Part shown: one piece after another, positions 47,566 to 57,658 of the stretch
Layout: each line of letters opens with the position of its first letter
Position numbering within the stretch: position 1 is the first letter of the stretch
NCBI GenBank assembly: GCA_963664825.1
Contig: OY761614.1
Span: 3,264,001 to 3,328,000 of the forward strand
Direction of reading: 5' to 3'
Length of the DNA stretch: 64,000 nucleotides
Origin: an uncultured Holophaga sp.
GTDB taxonomy: Bacteria; Acidobacteriota; Holophagae; Holophagales; Holophagaceae
The notes under the pieces: generated by a model
Seen by the model: the letters and a program-made list of their open reading frames with translations, nothing else
What the model was told of the DNA's origin: nothing
The model's database searches: none
Program-made: the position numbers and the translations under genes

Positions 47566-50500
47566 TTAGACGAGCTGTTCGGCATCCCGGAGTTGCACGC
47601 TCACCAGCCGACTGATGCCCCGCTCCGCCATGGTGACGCCGTAGAGCGTGTCGGCAGCCACCATGGTGGACTTCTGGTGGGTGATGACGATGAACTGGGT
47701 ATCCGTCTTCATCTTCTGCACGAGCTGGGCAAAGCGGACCACGTTGGCCTCGTCCAAGGGGGCATCGACCTCATCCAACACGCAGAAAGGGCTTGGCTTA
47801 AAGCGGAAAATGGCGAAGAGCAGCGAGATGGCCGTGAGGGCCTTCTCGCCCCCTGAGAGCAGCGTAAGGGCCTTGGCGCTCTTTCCCGGAGGCTGGGCCG
47901 TGATCTCGATGCCGCATTCCAGGAGATCCTTGGGGTCCTGCAGGGAAAGGTGTGCCGCCCCTCCCCCGAAGACTTCCCGGAAAACCTCGGAAAACCGCGC
48001 GTTCACGAAATCGAAGGCCTCTCGGAAGCGTTCCTCGCTGGTGGCATTGATCTCCTTGATGGTGGATTCCAGATTGCCGATGGCGTCCAGCACATCCGTG
48101 CGCTGCTCGTTCATGAAGGAGAGCCGGGATTCGGCCTCTTCCAGCTCCTGAATGGCCAGGGGATTGACGCTGCCCAGATCCAGGCGCCGGCCCTGGAGTT
48201 CGCCGAGGGCCGTCTGGTGCACCAGTTCCCCCTGGCCCCAGGCCGCTCGTTCCTCTTCCGTGATGGAGGCCAGAAAATCCGGGACCGTGTAGGACAGGGC
48301 CAGTTCCACTTCCTTGGCCATGGCCTCTGTGCTGCCCTGGACCTGGGCGGCTGAAATCAGCGACTCCTGGTGAAGCTGCCGGGCATTCTCCAGGGCCTGC
48401 TGGAACTCCCGGGCCATCCGCTCCTGGACCCGGAGGACCTCCGCGGCGCGCTCCAGCTCAGGCTGGGCCTGGCCCTGCTGTTCCACGAGGGCCAGGCGTT
48501 CCTGGAGCCGCTGCTGGGTCTCGGCCTCGAGCTCCTGAATGCGCTGGGTCGCTTGGGCCACCCGCTGCTGGGCCTGGTCGATATCGTCCTGCACCCGCTT
48601 TTTCTCGGCTTCCAGGTCGAAGGTGCCGCGCTGGATCTGGAGCACCTGGCGCTGGAGGCTATCCCGTTCCGCCCAGGCGGAGGCGCGAACCTGGGTGGCC
48701 TCCATGAGGACTTGGCGACGGCGTTCCAGTTCGGCCTGGGCCTCCTGGTGCCTCCCCTCGACGCCCTGGATGGATTCCATGATCGCCACCGCCTCGGGAT
48801 TCGCCTCGGGCACCTCGAAGCCCCGCAGCCGGGTGCGGAGGGTCTCGATTTCCTGCTCGAGCTGCTCCCACTGGAGATCGGCCCGCTCCTGAGCCTCCTG
48901 GATCTCCCGCAGCTGACCGCGGACGGAGGCATGGCGCCCCTTCAGATCCTCCAGGGTCCGCCTAGAGACGAGGCGATCCTCCTCCATCTCCCGGGAGCGC
49001 TCCGAAACTTCCTGGAGGCGCTGTTGGTACTGTTTGACCTCGGCTTCGAGGGCCTCGGTGCGGTCCAGGAGTTCCTCCCGGAGCCTCCGACAGGCCTCTA
49101 GTTCGCTGCGCAGCTTCAGGGGCGAGGCCGCCGGGGCGCGAACGCCCACCTGGATGGGGCCGTAGGGCAAGCGCAGCAAACCGGGGGCGACGAAGCCCAG
49201 GCTTGGATACTGGGCGGCAAGCCCCGGCAGAGCGTCATCCGAACAGCGGAAGACACGCGCCAGCAGGGATTCCAGGGGGCGCGCCTTCCCGCTCCGCCAC
49301 CGGAAATGCGGGGCCAGGGCCTCGCATCCGGCGGGCGTCTCGGGCACTTCGGCCATGTCCGGCACGGCGACATAGAGCTGCCCGGGGGCCTCGCCAATGG
49401 ACTTCAGCGCCCGGTCCCCGAGGGCCACGGATTGGATCCAGCTCCCCAGCAGCCGCTCCACCTCCGCAAGGGTCTCCTCGTCCACCGAAAGAGCTTCGGC
49501 CAGGGAGAAGGGATCTTCCCCCAAGTCATTGAGCCACAGGAAGGCCTTCTGGACCTCCTCGGAGCCCGTGACCTGCCGCAGGGCATCCCCCAACTGCTTG
49601 AGACGGCGCTCTTCGGCATCCAGCGCGCCTTCGGATTCCCGCAGGGAGGCCGCCGCCTTGCGATGGGCTTCGAGGGCTTCGGACTGGAGGCGGGACTGCA
49701 CCAGCACGGCCTCTTCGACCTGCTCGGCACGGCTCTCGGCCCCTTCCAGCTCCCGTCCCAGCCGGAGATCGTCGGCCTGAAGGCCCTCCAGTCTCGGGGA
49801 GCGCACGGATTCCTCATGGTTCAGGGCATCCAGGCGGCCCTCCGCCTGGGCGATCTGCTGATGCAGGGCCTGGCGCTGCTGTTGGAGGGCCAGGGCGGCG
49901 CGCTCGGCTTCCACCCGGCGGGCGCGGAGTTCCCGCAATTCGGTCTCGATGTGGCGCAGGGCGCCCGCCGCCAGGGCCACGGCCTCTTCCGAATCACCGA
50001 CGAGGGTCTCCCGGGCCTCCAGGGCCTTCTCGGCGACCGCGAGGGAAGCCTGCAACTTCAGGGCCTCGGCCTCGGAATCCCCGGAGCGATGGGAGAGTTC
50101 CTCCAGGCGGGAGGCCAGGATTCCCCGCTGTTCCTGGGCTTCCTGGGCGCGTTCCTCCTGGAACCCGCGGTCCTGGTCGGCTAGGCCGAGGCGTTGATCC
50201 AGCGCCAGGATGGCCCTGCCCCGCCGGTCCTGCGCGTGGTTGAGCTCATCGAGGGCATGGCGCTGCTGCTCGACTTCGCTGGCCTTTTCCGAGGCCTGGG
50301 CCGTGAGGGAAGCGATCTGGCGTTCGAGGGCATCGAGCTGCTCGAGGATCCGCTCCTTGGCGGCCTCCAGCTCCATGGCCTTGCCCGCCAGGAGAATGCG
50401 CTGGGTGGCCTTGATCGCCTGGTCTAGATCCTGGGCCCGCCGGGCCTTGGCCGCCTGGCGCTTCAGGGATTCCTGCTGCTTGCCGAGCTCGTGGAGGATA

Positions 50501-51078
50501 TCGTCCAGGCGCTGGAGATTGGCCCGGGTCTCCTCCAGGCGTCGTTCGGCTTCCGTGCGGCGGAGCTTGTAGCGGGTGATCCCGGCGGCCTCTTCCAGGA
50601 GGGAGCGGCGGTCCTTGGGCTTGTTCGAAAGGATCAGATCGATCTGCCCCTGCTGGATGAAACTATAGGCCCGCGTGCCCATGCCGGTATCCATCAGCAG
50701 ATCCTGGATGTCCTTGAGACGCGTCTCCCGACCATTGATGCGGTACTCGCCCCCTGTGTCCCGGTAGAGGCGCCGGGAGAGGGTGACCTCCTTGGTGGCG
50801 CCGGCCAGAGCCGGATCCGGCATCTCCAAGGTGAGCTTCACCTCGGAAAGGCCCATGGGCTTGCGCTGGCTGGTGCCCGAGAAGATCACGTCGGACATGT
50901 CGTTGCCCCGCAGCAGGGTGGCCCGCTGTTCGCCGAGGACCCAGGCCAGCGCATCGGCGATATTGGATTTCCCGCAACCGTTGGGACCCACGACGGCCGT
51001 CATGCCCCCGGGGAAGACCAGCTTCTGGGGGTCGGCGAAGGATTTGAAACCGTGCAGTTCGAGGGCGATGAGGCGCAA
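47566..51078 (-). CDS. smc: Chromosome segregation protein SMC
   Basis: GFKSF, GPNGCGKSN, EEAAGI, long coiled coils, LSGGEK, LDEVDAPLD, ITH. Confidence 0.97.
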   Translation of the reverse strand: MRLIALELHGFKSFADPQKLVFPGGMTAVVGPNGCGKSNIADALAWVLGEQRATLLRGNDMSDVIFSGTSQRKPMGLSEVKLTLEMPDPALAGATKEVTLSRRLYRDTGGEYRINGRETRLKDIQDLLMDTGMGTRAYSFIQQGQIDLILSNKPKDRRSLLEEAAGITRYKLRRTEAERRLEETRANLQRLDDILHELGKQQESLKRQAAKARRAQDLDQAIKATQRILLAGKAMELEAAKERILEQLDALERQIASLTAQASEKASEVEQQRHALDELNHAQDRRGRAILALDQRLGLADQDRGFQEERAQEAQEQRGILASRLEELSHRSGDSEAEALKLQASLAVAEKALEARETLVGDSEEAVALAAGALRHIETELRELRARRVEAERAALALQQQRQALHQQIAQAEGRLDALNHEESVRSPRLEGLQADDLRLGRELEGAESRAEQVEEAVLVQSRLQSEALEAHRKAAASLRESEGALDAEERRLKQLGDALRQVTGSEEVQKAFLWLNDLGEDPFSLAEALSVDEETLAEVERLLGSWIQSVALGDRALKSIGEAPGQLYVAVPDMAEVPETPAGCEALAPHFRWRSGKARPLESLLARVFRCSDDALPGLAAQYPSLGFVAPGLLRLPYGPIQVGVRAPAASPLKLRSELEACRRLREELLDRTEALEAEVKQYQQRLQEVSERSREMEEDRLVSRRTLEDLKGRHASVRGQLREIQEAQERADLQWEQLEQEIETLRTRLRGFEVPEANPEAVAIMESIQGVEGRHQEAQAELERRRQVLMEATQVRASAWAERDSLQRQVLQIQRGTFDLEAEKKRVQDDIDQAQQRVAQATQRIQELEAETQQRLQERLALVEQQGQAQPELERAAEVLRVQERMAREFQQALENARQLHQESLISAAQVQGSTEAMAKEVELALSYTVPDFLASITEEERAAWGQGELVHQTALGELQGRRLDLGSVNPLAIQELEEAESRLSFMNEQRTDVLDAIGNLESTIKEINATSEERFREAFDFVNARFSEVFREVFGGGAAHLSLQDPKDLLECGIEITAQPPGKSAKALTLLSGGEKALTAISLLFAIFRFKPSPFCVLDEVDAPLDEANVVRFAQLVQKMKTDTQFIVITHQKSTMVAADTLYGVTMAERGISRLVSVQLRDAEQLV

Positions 51079-51270
51079 GCCGATTCTCCGGCGGGAACTT
51101 TGTCCCCGATGTTTTCATGACTGTCCGGGAGGTCGGCCCTTGGGATCGGCCTATCCAAGACGGTAGACTGTCATTTTCCCCACTTCTGGAGTTTCCGTGA
51201 CCCCCCTTCCTATGATTTCGTACCAGGCAGAGGTTCCCCCGCAGCACCAGGGCCTCTGCAGGGAGGGGCA

Positions 51271-52002
51271 ATGCGCGGACTAAATTTCAAGTCCACCCCC
51301 GCCTCGGTGGTCTGGATGGAACCCCACCGGATCATGGCTGGCGGGAAGGCGCGGACCCTGGACGGCCTCCCCAGCGAAGACCTGCTCGGTCCCGTCCTGG
51401 TGGACCTGCCCCCCAGGCCCACTGCCTGGATCGTGGATGATCTCTGGGCTCCCTCCCTATTGCTACGGGATATCGTGACCCTTCCCGAGGGGGCCGAGGC
51501 CCGGGAAGCCTTCTTCCGCTGGAAGTTCACCCAAAGCCTCATGCTGGAGGCGCCCCAATCCGTCCAGGCCCTGGAACTGGGGGAGGGCGCCTGGCTCCTG
51601 ACCGGCATCCGGGAGGAACTGCGAGAAAGCTGGCTCTCAACTTCCGTGCGGCTGGCCCGCCCCATGCACAGCCTCCTGCCCCGTTGGCTCTATCTCTACA
51701 ACCGCCTGGCCCCCACCCGGGAACGCCCCGGCATGCTGCTCTCCCTCTGCCCTCATGCGGAGGGCGGGTATACGGGCACCCTGGCGGCCTGGGGCCGCAC
51801 CCTGACCCTCCTCCGGCAATGGGCTGAGCCCGCCGATCCCGAGACCTGGCAGCAGGAGCGGATCCTGCCCACCGCCGCCTACCTCCAACGGGATTCCCGC
51901 CCCCCCCAGGAACTCTGGGTCTGGGGCCCGACCAGCTGGCCGGAGACGGGGCTGCCGCTTCAGCTCATCCAGCCCGAGATTCCGGCCCAGGAGGCCCTCT
52001 GA
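51271..52002 (+). CDS. Hypothetical protein, possible divergent PilM/GspL-cytoplasmic-like component
   Basis: First gene of a tightly coupled secretin operon; assignment by position only. Confidence 0.45.
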   Translation: MRGLNFKSTPASVVWMEPHRIMAGGKARTLDGLPSEDLLGPVLVDLPPRPTAWIVDDLWAPSLLLRDIVTLPEGAEAREAFFRWKFTQSLMLEAPQSVQALELGEGAWLLTGIREELRESWLSTSVRLARPMHSLLPRWLYLYNRLAPTRERPGMLLSLCPHAEGGYTGTLAAWGRTLTLLRQWAEPADPETWQQERILPTAAYLQRDSRPPQELWVWGPTSWPETGLPLQLIQPEIPAQEAL

Positions 52003-52910
52003 TGGCCATTCCGGTCCTGAAGCTGAACCTGGCTCCCCCGCCTACCCTCTGGCACAGGCAGCATGCCCTCCTGAGCTGGTCGGTGCTGGGCCTCGGGGCG
52101 CTGGCCCTGATCCTGGTGAGCGGCCTCACTTGGCACGCCTATCGCCAAGCCAACGAGATGGGGCGCGGCGCCTTCCAGCTCTCCCGGCAGGCCCAGGAGG
52201 CCCAGGCCCGCCAGGGCAGTATCCAGGCCCAACTGCGGTCCATCAACGTCCAGAAGGAACTGCCCCGCTGGAAGTTGGCCGAGCGCATCCTGGGCGAACG
52301 CAGCAGCCCCTGGTCCCGCCTCACGGCCGAACTGGAGCGCAGCTTGGTCCAGGATGTCCGGATCCGGACCCTTCAGCGCACCCGGAGTTCCAGCCAGCAG
52401 GTGGCCGCCAAATTGAAGGGTGAAGCCAATTCACGCCAGGCGGAGGCGGCCTTCGTGGAATCCATCCAGAAGAACGCCTTCTTCTCCCAGGTGATCCTGG
52501 AGCGGGAATCCGAGCGGGCAGGCGGGGGCATCGAATTCGAATTCACCCTACCGGTAGCGGCGACTCCGCCTCCCTACACGCCCCTCCCGAAATACGGCCG
52601 CGCCTCCAAAGCCGCGAAGCCCGCCCCGGGAAAGCCGGTGGTGCTCTCCAAACCTGCTCCAATCAAGGCCACGCCCGTTAAACCGACACCAATCAAGCCC
52701 GCACCCACCAAGCCCCTGGCCCCTGCTCGCACCTCCATCGCCGTGCCTTCGGGCGCCACCCCCCCCGGGCCCCGCTCCCAAAACCCGCGGGAGCCCCGCC
52801 CCTTGCCCGGGAATCGTGAAGAGCTCCGTCGTCCCGGTGCGCAGGGCCGCTCCGGTGAAATGAACCGTCCCGGTGGGATGGAACGACCCGGCCAGGAGGT
52901 GCAGCGATGA
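52002..52910 (+). CDS. PilN-like inner-membrane protein with Pro/Lys-rich tail
   Basis: LNLA start, one TM, coiled coil, W..L..ELE..L..DVRI..L, F..V. Confidence 0.7.
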   Translation: MAIPVLKLNLAPPPTLWHRQHALLSWSVLGLGALALILVSGLTWHAYRQANEMGRGAFQLSRQAQEAQARQGSIQAQLRSINVQKELPRWKLAERILGERSSPWSRLTAELERSLVQDVRIRTLQRTRSSSQQVAAKLKGEANSRQAEAAFVESIQKNAFFSQVILERESERAGGGIEFEFTLPVAATPPPYTPLPKYGRASKAAKPAPGKPVVLSKPAPIKATPVKPTPIKPAPTKPLAPARTSIAVPSGATPPGPRSQNPREPRPLPGNREELRRPGAQGRSGEMNRPGGMERPGQEVQR

Positions 52911-53494
52911 ACCGCAGCCTTCGCGCCAGCACCCTGCGCCTCGGCGGGGGTCTGCTGCTGCTGATCGTGGCCCTGGCTGTGGCGATATTCATGCTGCCCG
53001 ACGCCAGCCAGAAACGAGTCCAGCAGGGCAAGGCCTTCGGCCAGGCCCGCACCCAGTTGAAGAACCAGGAGGATGAACTCAGCAAGCTGAAGGCCCGCGC
53101 CGAGAACATCCGCATCGGCCAGGAACACATGGAAGAAATCCTCTCCCAGATGCCCCAGGAGAACGAAGGGCAGCTCAAGTGGAAGCTCAGCCGCGCCCTC
53201 TATGATCTGGCCGCCAAGCACGATGTGCGGATCCAGGCCGTCAAGTACGGCGCCCCCACCCGGGAGGGCGCCAAGGGCACGGATCTCGAGGCCCTGGATG
53301 TGGAATTCGTCGCCTCCGGCATCTACAAGAGCCTGAAGGCTTTCATGCACGCCTTCGAGAGCAGTCATCTGCCCTTCGGCTTGGCCAGCGGGAAGCTCGA
53401 GGAGACTCCCGAGGGCGCCCGCATGACGATCAGCGTGCGGGCCTTCCGCCGCACGGGCCAAGTCAAGGCCGAGACCTCCGGGGAGGAATCATGA
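52907..53494 (+). CDS. PilO/GspM-like protein
   Basis: One TM, coiled coil, G.Y..LK.F....E pattern. Confidence 0.7.
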   Translation: MNRSLRASTLRLGGGLLLLIVALAVAIFMLPDASQKRVQQGKAFGQARTQLKNQEDELSKLKARAENIRIGQEHMEEILSQMPQENEGQLKWKLSRALYDLAAKHDVRIQAVKYGAPTREGAKGTDLEALDVEFVASGIYKSLKAFMHAFESSHLPFGLASGKLEETPEGARMTISVRAFRRTGQVKAETSGEES

Positions 53495-54159
53495 GCGGCC
53501 CCAAGCGCAGCAACGCCTCGGAAGGTCCGGAATGGTGGCAGGAGCTCAAGACCAATCGCCGAACCCAGGCCGGCCTTGGGGCCTTCGCACTGGCCCTGGC
53601 CTTCATGACCTACATGTTCTGGCCCGACGCCCCCAAGCGGCGCCCCACGCCGACCCTGGCGGCCCTGGCCACTGCGGGAGATGATCGTTCCCTCCAGGCC
53701 CTGGATAAGCTGCCGGACCTGGCCAAGCTCGGGCAGGCCGGGGAACTGCCCAACGAGGACAGGATGTACCGGGATCTCTTCACCTTTGAGGGCCCACCCC
53801 CGCCTCCTCCGCCGCCCCCCAAACCCCTGCCCCCACCCCCGCCTCCGACCCCGGAGCAGCGGAAGGCCATGGCGCTCCAGCAGGCGCAGGATGCCGAATT
53901 CGCCACCCGTCCCCAGGGGCTGCGCTACCTGGGCTACCTGGAACGAAAATCCGTGGGCCGCATCGGCGCCTTCATGAAGGGCGAGGAACCCGTGCCCGTC
54001 AAGCGGGGCGATACCCTGGGCACCTGGAAGCTCATCACCCTGACCGATACCCACGCGGAATTCCAGAACACCAAGTATCCGGACATGCGCCACTGCCGGA
54101 TCGATGCGACGGATGCCCCTGGTGGACCGCACGGCGCGGGCGCAACCAATCAATTCTGA
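53491..54159 (+). CDS. PilP/GspC-like protein with polyproline linker
   Basis: One TM, RDLF.F, poly-Pro, L.YLGY...V..GD.L. Confidence 0.55.
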   Translation: MSGPKRSNASEGPEWWQELKTNRRTQAGLGAFALALAFMTYMFWPDAPKRRPTPTLAALATAGDDRSLQALDKLPDLAKLGQAGELPNEDRMYRDLFTFEGPPPPPPPPPKPLPPPPPPTPEQRKAMALQQAQDAEFATRPQGLRYLGYLERKSVGRIGAFMKGEEPVPVKRGDTLGTWKLITLTDTHAEFQNTKYPDMRHCRIDATDAPGGPHGAGATNQF

Positions 54160-54172
54160 CCGGATGGACCTG

Positions 54173-56485
54173 ATGCCAAAAAATACCTCCATGCTTCGCG
54201 TTTTGGGACGCCCCGCCGTTCTGGCGGCCCTCCTCGTGTTCACCCTCGGATGCAGCCTCCATCGCGCCCGCAAGGCCTACGACGAGGGGCACTATGACGA
54301 GGCCGTGAATGCCTATCGCCATATCCTCCAGAATTCCCCCGGTAATGTGAGCGCCAAGATCGGCTACCGCCGCTCCGCGGCCAAGGCCGCGGAAATCCAT
54401 CTGGTCCGGGCCGAAGAGGCCAAAAAGCGCGGCCTCAGCGAACAGGAATACCTCGAGGTCCGCAAGGCCGTGGTCCTGGATCCCTCCAATGCGGTGGCCG
54501 TGGACTGGATCACGAACCTGGAGGCCGCCGCCCAGCAGAAGAAACTCCAACAGGATGCCGAGGAGAGCCTCGAGACCCAGCGGGCCAAGGCCGATCTCCG
54601 CCCGGGGGTGACGCTGAACCCCCGATCCATTGAGGGCATGGATCTCAATTTCGTCCGCCGCCAGAGTCTCCGGGAGATCTTCGCCCAGCTCACCAAGGCC
54701 ACCGGCGTCAATATCATCCTGCATTCCTCCTTCCAGGATATGCAGATCTCGGCCGATCTCCGGGGCCTGACGTTCCAGCGAATCCTGGACACCCTGATGC
54801 TCCAGAACGAACTGCTCTACAAGGTGCTGGACTCCAACACCATCATGGTCTTCAAGAACACGCCTCCGAACCGGGACCAGTTCGAGAACCAGTCCGTCAA
54901 GACCTTCTACCTCTCCAACGCCGATCCCCAGGATGTGCGGACTATCTTCCAGCAGCTCATGCCCCAGATAAAGCTCCAGCCCGATAAACGCATGAACGCC
55001 GTCATCGTCAAGGCCAAGCCTACGGATCTGGCCATCGCCAAACGCCTCGTGACCCAACTCGACAAGGCGAAGGCCGAAGTGATGATCTACCTCGAGCTCA
55101 TGGAAGTGACGGAAAACAGTGCCGAGCAGGTGGGTCTCCTGCCGGTGCTGGGCGCCGCCGACACCACGGGGGTCTACCGCCTCGGCGCGACCATCGACAA
55201 TACGGGCAGCGCCAATCAGAACAAGGGCGCCCTTCGCATCAGCAAGTCCGACGTGCGTTTCCTCTTTCCCAGCCTGGCCCTGGACGCGCTGAAGAGCAGC
55301 GGGGACGCCAAGCTCGTGGCCAGCCCCAACCTCCGCGTGGTCTCAGGCGAGAAGGGCGATATCAATATCGGCGAGAAGGTCTCCACCACCCAGTCCTCGA
55401 TCGGGCTTTCGAATACCTCTGGGACAGCCACGACTTCCAGCGCCGTCAGCAGCTACCTGAGCGGCACCTCTCAGACCCAGTACAGCTACGAGGAAGTGGG
55501 CGTCAAGATCACGGTAGAGCCCCGCGTCCACTTCAACGGCGATATCACCATCAAGATCAAATCCGATGTGAAGACGCTGAAGAGCGGCTCCACCGCCGGT
55601 CGACCCGATATGGGCCAGCGCGTCATCGAGACCACGGCGCGCCTGCGGGATGGCGAGACGGCCGTGTTCGCGGGCCTCCTCAAGGAAGAAGAGCAGAAGA
55701 GCCTCCAGGGCATCTGGGGGATTTCCGATATCCCCGTGATCGGCAAGCTGTTGGGCAGCAACAAGAGTTCCAAGGCCAAGACCGATGTGCTTCTCACCAT
55801 CCGCGCCGTGATCGTGCGCAAGCCCGATATCCAGCCCGAGGACTGGGAAGCTTTCGATCCCGATCAGGCCGCCGCCCTGGTGGGCCCCTTCGCCCCCAAG
55901 CCCGAGCCCAAGAAGATCCCGGTCGTAAAGCCCGAAGCCAAGGCCGCGCCCACTGAGACTAAGCCGGTTCCCGCAAAGCCCGAGGCCAAGCCGACGACGC
56001 CGAGTACGGTTCCAACCCCCACGCCTGCGCCGACTCCCACCCCTGCTCCTGACGCCAGTGAGGGCGAGGCCCTCGCCCCGGAGCCCCGGGAGGATAGTCT
56101 GGTGATCTTCCTGGCCCCGGTCTTCACGCCCCTCGCCAAGGGAGAACGGGTCCAGCTCAATCTGCTGGTGAGCAACGGGAAGGGCCTGACCAGCGGCACC
56201 ATGGAACTGCGCATCGATCCCAAGCTGAAGCTGGTCTCCATGATGGCGGGCGATTTCCTGACCACAGAATCCGGATCCCTGGATCAGAATCCCCCCAAGG
56301 ATGGCGTCATGAAGATCGCCTTCAAGCGCACTGGCAGCACCTCGGATAGCGGCACCCTGGCGACCCTGGAGCTCGAGGGCACCGCGCCGGGCAACGCGCC
56401 CGTGCTCATCCAGTCCGGAAGCTACATGATCGGAGCCAACCCCGTGTCGGCCCGGGTGGTCAACGCCCTGGTCACGGTGGAATAG
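54173..56485 (+). CDS. Secretin (GspD/PilQ family) lipoprotein with N-terminal TPRs and C-terminal cohesin-like domain
   Basis: Lipobox TLGC; K.FYLSNA N-domain; ASP.L, G....V.P.V, L.DGET...GL, DIP.IG.L; start may be 54164, 54173 or 54191. Confidence 0.9.
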   Translation: MPKNTSMLRVLGRPAVLAALLVFTLGCSLHRARKAYDEGHYDEAVNAYRHILQNSPGNVSAKIGYRRSAAKAAEIHLVRAEEAKKRGLSEQEYLEVRKAVVLDPSNAVAVDWITNLEAAAQQKKLQQDAEESLETQRAKADLRPGVTLNPRSIEGMDLNFVRRQSLREIFAQLTKATGVNIILHSSFQDMQISADLRGLTFQRILDTLMLQNELLYKVLDSNTIMVFKNTPPNRDQFENQSVKTFYLSNADPQDVRTIFQQLMPQIKLQPDKRMNAVIVKAKPTDLAIAKRLVTQLDKAKAEVMIYLELMEVTENSAEQVGLLPVLGAADTTGVYRLGATIDNTGSANQNKGALRISKSDVRFLFPSLALDALKSSGDAKLVASPNLRVVSGEKGDINIGEKVSTTQSSIGLSNTSGTATTSSAVSSYLSGTSQTQYSYEEVGVKITVEPRVHFNGDITIKIKSDVKTLKSGSTAGRPDMGQRVIETTARLRDGETAVFAGLLKEEEQKSLQGIWGISDIPVIGKLLGSNKSSKAKTDVLLTIRAVIVRKPDIQPEDWEAFDPDQAAALVGPFAPKPEPKKIPVVKPEAKAAPTETKPVPAKPEAKPTTPSTVPTPTPAPTPTPAPDASEGEALAPEPREDSLVIFLAPVFTPLAKGERVQLNLLVSNGKGLTSGTMELRIDPKLKLVSMMAGDFLTTESGSLDQNPPKDGVMKIAFKRTGSTSDSGTLATLELEGTAPGNAPVLIQSGSYMIGANPVSARVVNALVTVE

Positions 56486-56492
56486 AGGCACC

Positions 56493-56951
56493 ATGCGGCC
56501 CCACCAACGCGGATTCACCCTTCTCGAGATGGCCGTCACCGCCACGGTGCTTTTGGTATTGGCCTCGGCGGCCATTCCCATGGCCAAGAACGGCATCCGC
56601 CGCCAGAAGGAACTGGAGCTGCAGCGGGACCTGCGCACCATGCGCGACGCCATCGATGAATACAAGGCGAAGGTGGACCAGAAGAAGATCAAGGCGCCTC
56701 CAGCCGAGAACAACGGCTATCCGGAGTCCCTGGAGATCCTGGTGGAGGGCGCTCCCACCGACAAAGCCTCGGTGAAGATCCGGTTCCTGCGCCGAATCCC
56801 CCTGGACCCCTTCACGGGAAAAGCCGAATGGGGCCTGCGTTCCATCGCCGATGATCCAGGGAGCAGCAGTTGGGGCGGCGGCAACGTCTACGACATCTAC
56901 AGCAACGCCCCGGGCACCGGCTCCAATGGAGTCCCCTACCGGGAGTGGTGA
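56493..56951 (+). CDS. Type II secretion pseudopilin (GspG-like)
   Basis: QRG|FTLLE prepilin cleavage motif, GYP.SL..L, FLRRIP.DP. Confidence 0.9.
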   Translation: MRPHQRGFTLLEMAVTATVLLVLASAAIPMAKNGIRRQKELELQRDLRTMRDAIDEYKAKVDQKKIKAPPAENNGYPESLEILVEGAPTDKASVKIRFLRRIPLDPFTGKAEWGLRSIADDPGSSSWGGGNVYDIYSNAPGTGSNGVPYREW

Positions 56952-56974
56952 GCCAGGCCTGACGCAATTTTCCC

Positions 56975-57003
56975 TTGCCTGGTGGCCTGCGCCGCGCTAG
57001 GAT
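56975..57003 (+). promoter_or_regulatory. Putative sigma70 promoter of tRNA-Leu
   Basis: TTGCCT-17 nt-TAGGAT. Confidence 0.55.
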
Positions 57004-57047
57004 TTCCTTTCCCGTAAGCAGTCTCTCGAGGGAACTGCTGGGTCTTT

Positions 57048-57134
57048 GCGGATATGGCGGAATTGGTAGACGCGCTAGCTTCAGGTGCTAGTGACTTCAC
57101 GGTCGTGGGGGTTCGAGTCCCTCTATCCGCACCA
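57048..57134 (+). tRNA. tRNA-Leu (CAG)
   Basis: GCGGATATGGCGGAATTGGTAGACGCG; CTAGC-TTCAGGT-GCTAG anticodon arm; long variable arm; GTTCGAGTC; ACCA end. Confidence 0.97.
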
Positions 57135-57137
57135 CCT

Positions 57138-57167
57138 TCAGAGCGGCACTTCGGTGCCGCTCTGAAT
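57138..57167 (+). terminator. Hairpin after tRNA-Leu
   Basis: TTCAGAGCGGCAC-TTCG-GTGCCGCTCTGAA perfect stem; weak U-tract. Confidence 0.6.
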
Positions 57168-57292
57168 CTTCAAGTACGTACTCAAACACGTGAACTGTTG
57201 ACATGGGTGTCCGGCCCCCTCCGGACTACGACCTCCACGCGGCCCGGGGCTGCAAGGACGGTGACGGGTTCCCCCCCCGAAAAGGAGCCATC

Positions 57293-57562
57293 ATGGCCCT
57301 GAGCACCGAACAGAAGACCATCATCATCGAGGATTACAAGACCCACGCCACAGATACGGGTTCGCCCGAGGTGCAGGTGGCTCTGCTGACCAAGCGCATC
57401 AACGATCTCACAGAGCACTTCAAGACCCACACCAAGGATTACCACAGCCGCCGGGGTCTCATGGTCATGGTCAGCCAGCGCCGTCGCCAACTCGACTATC
57501 TGAAGCGCGAGAGCAGGGCTCGCTATGCCACCCTCATCGAGCGCCTCGGTCTGCGCCGCTAA
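57293..57562 (+). CDS. rpsO: 30S ribosomal protein S15
   Basis: [17 protein letters not shown]...H.KD.HSRRGL...LGLRR; AAGGAG RBS. Confidence 0.98.
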   Translation: MALSTEQKTIIIEDYKTHATDTGSPEVQVALLTKRINDLTEHFKTHTKDYHSRRGLMVMVSQRRRQLDYLKRESRARYATLIERLGLRR

Positions 57563-57578
57563 ACCATTTCCGCCACCG

Positions 57579-57610
57579 AGAACGCCCGCTTTCGCGGGCG
57601 TTCTGCGTTT
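57579..57610 (+). terminator. Terminator-like hairpin after rpsO
   Basis: AGAACGCCCGC-TTTC-GCGGGCGTTCT. Confidence 0.65.
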
Positions 57611-57658
57611 AGGTCCGCACGGCCTGTTCATCCCGTGACAACGACTTAGGGTAGAAAC

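Noticed and set aside
49100..49220. Divergent SMC hinge (G-X6-G-X3-VG instead of GG)
   Set aside because: Glycine spacing is largely retained and the head motifs are intact; not enough to claim altered function.
52600..52730. Short Pro/Lys repeats in the PilN-like tail (similar tracts at about 53790-53850 and 55890-56050)
   Set aside because: Ordinary low-complexity protein linkers, not DNA repeat elements.
57048..57134. Island integrated at tRNA-Leu
   Set aside because: No duplicated tRNA-Leu 3' end or integrase; the downstream gene is core rpsO.
57181..57198. parS-like CACGTGAA core
   Set aside because: Flanks do not match the TGTTTCACGTGAAACA palindrome.
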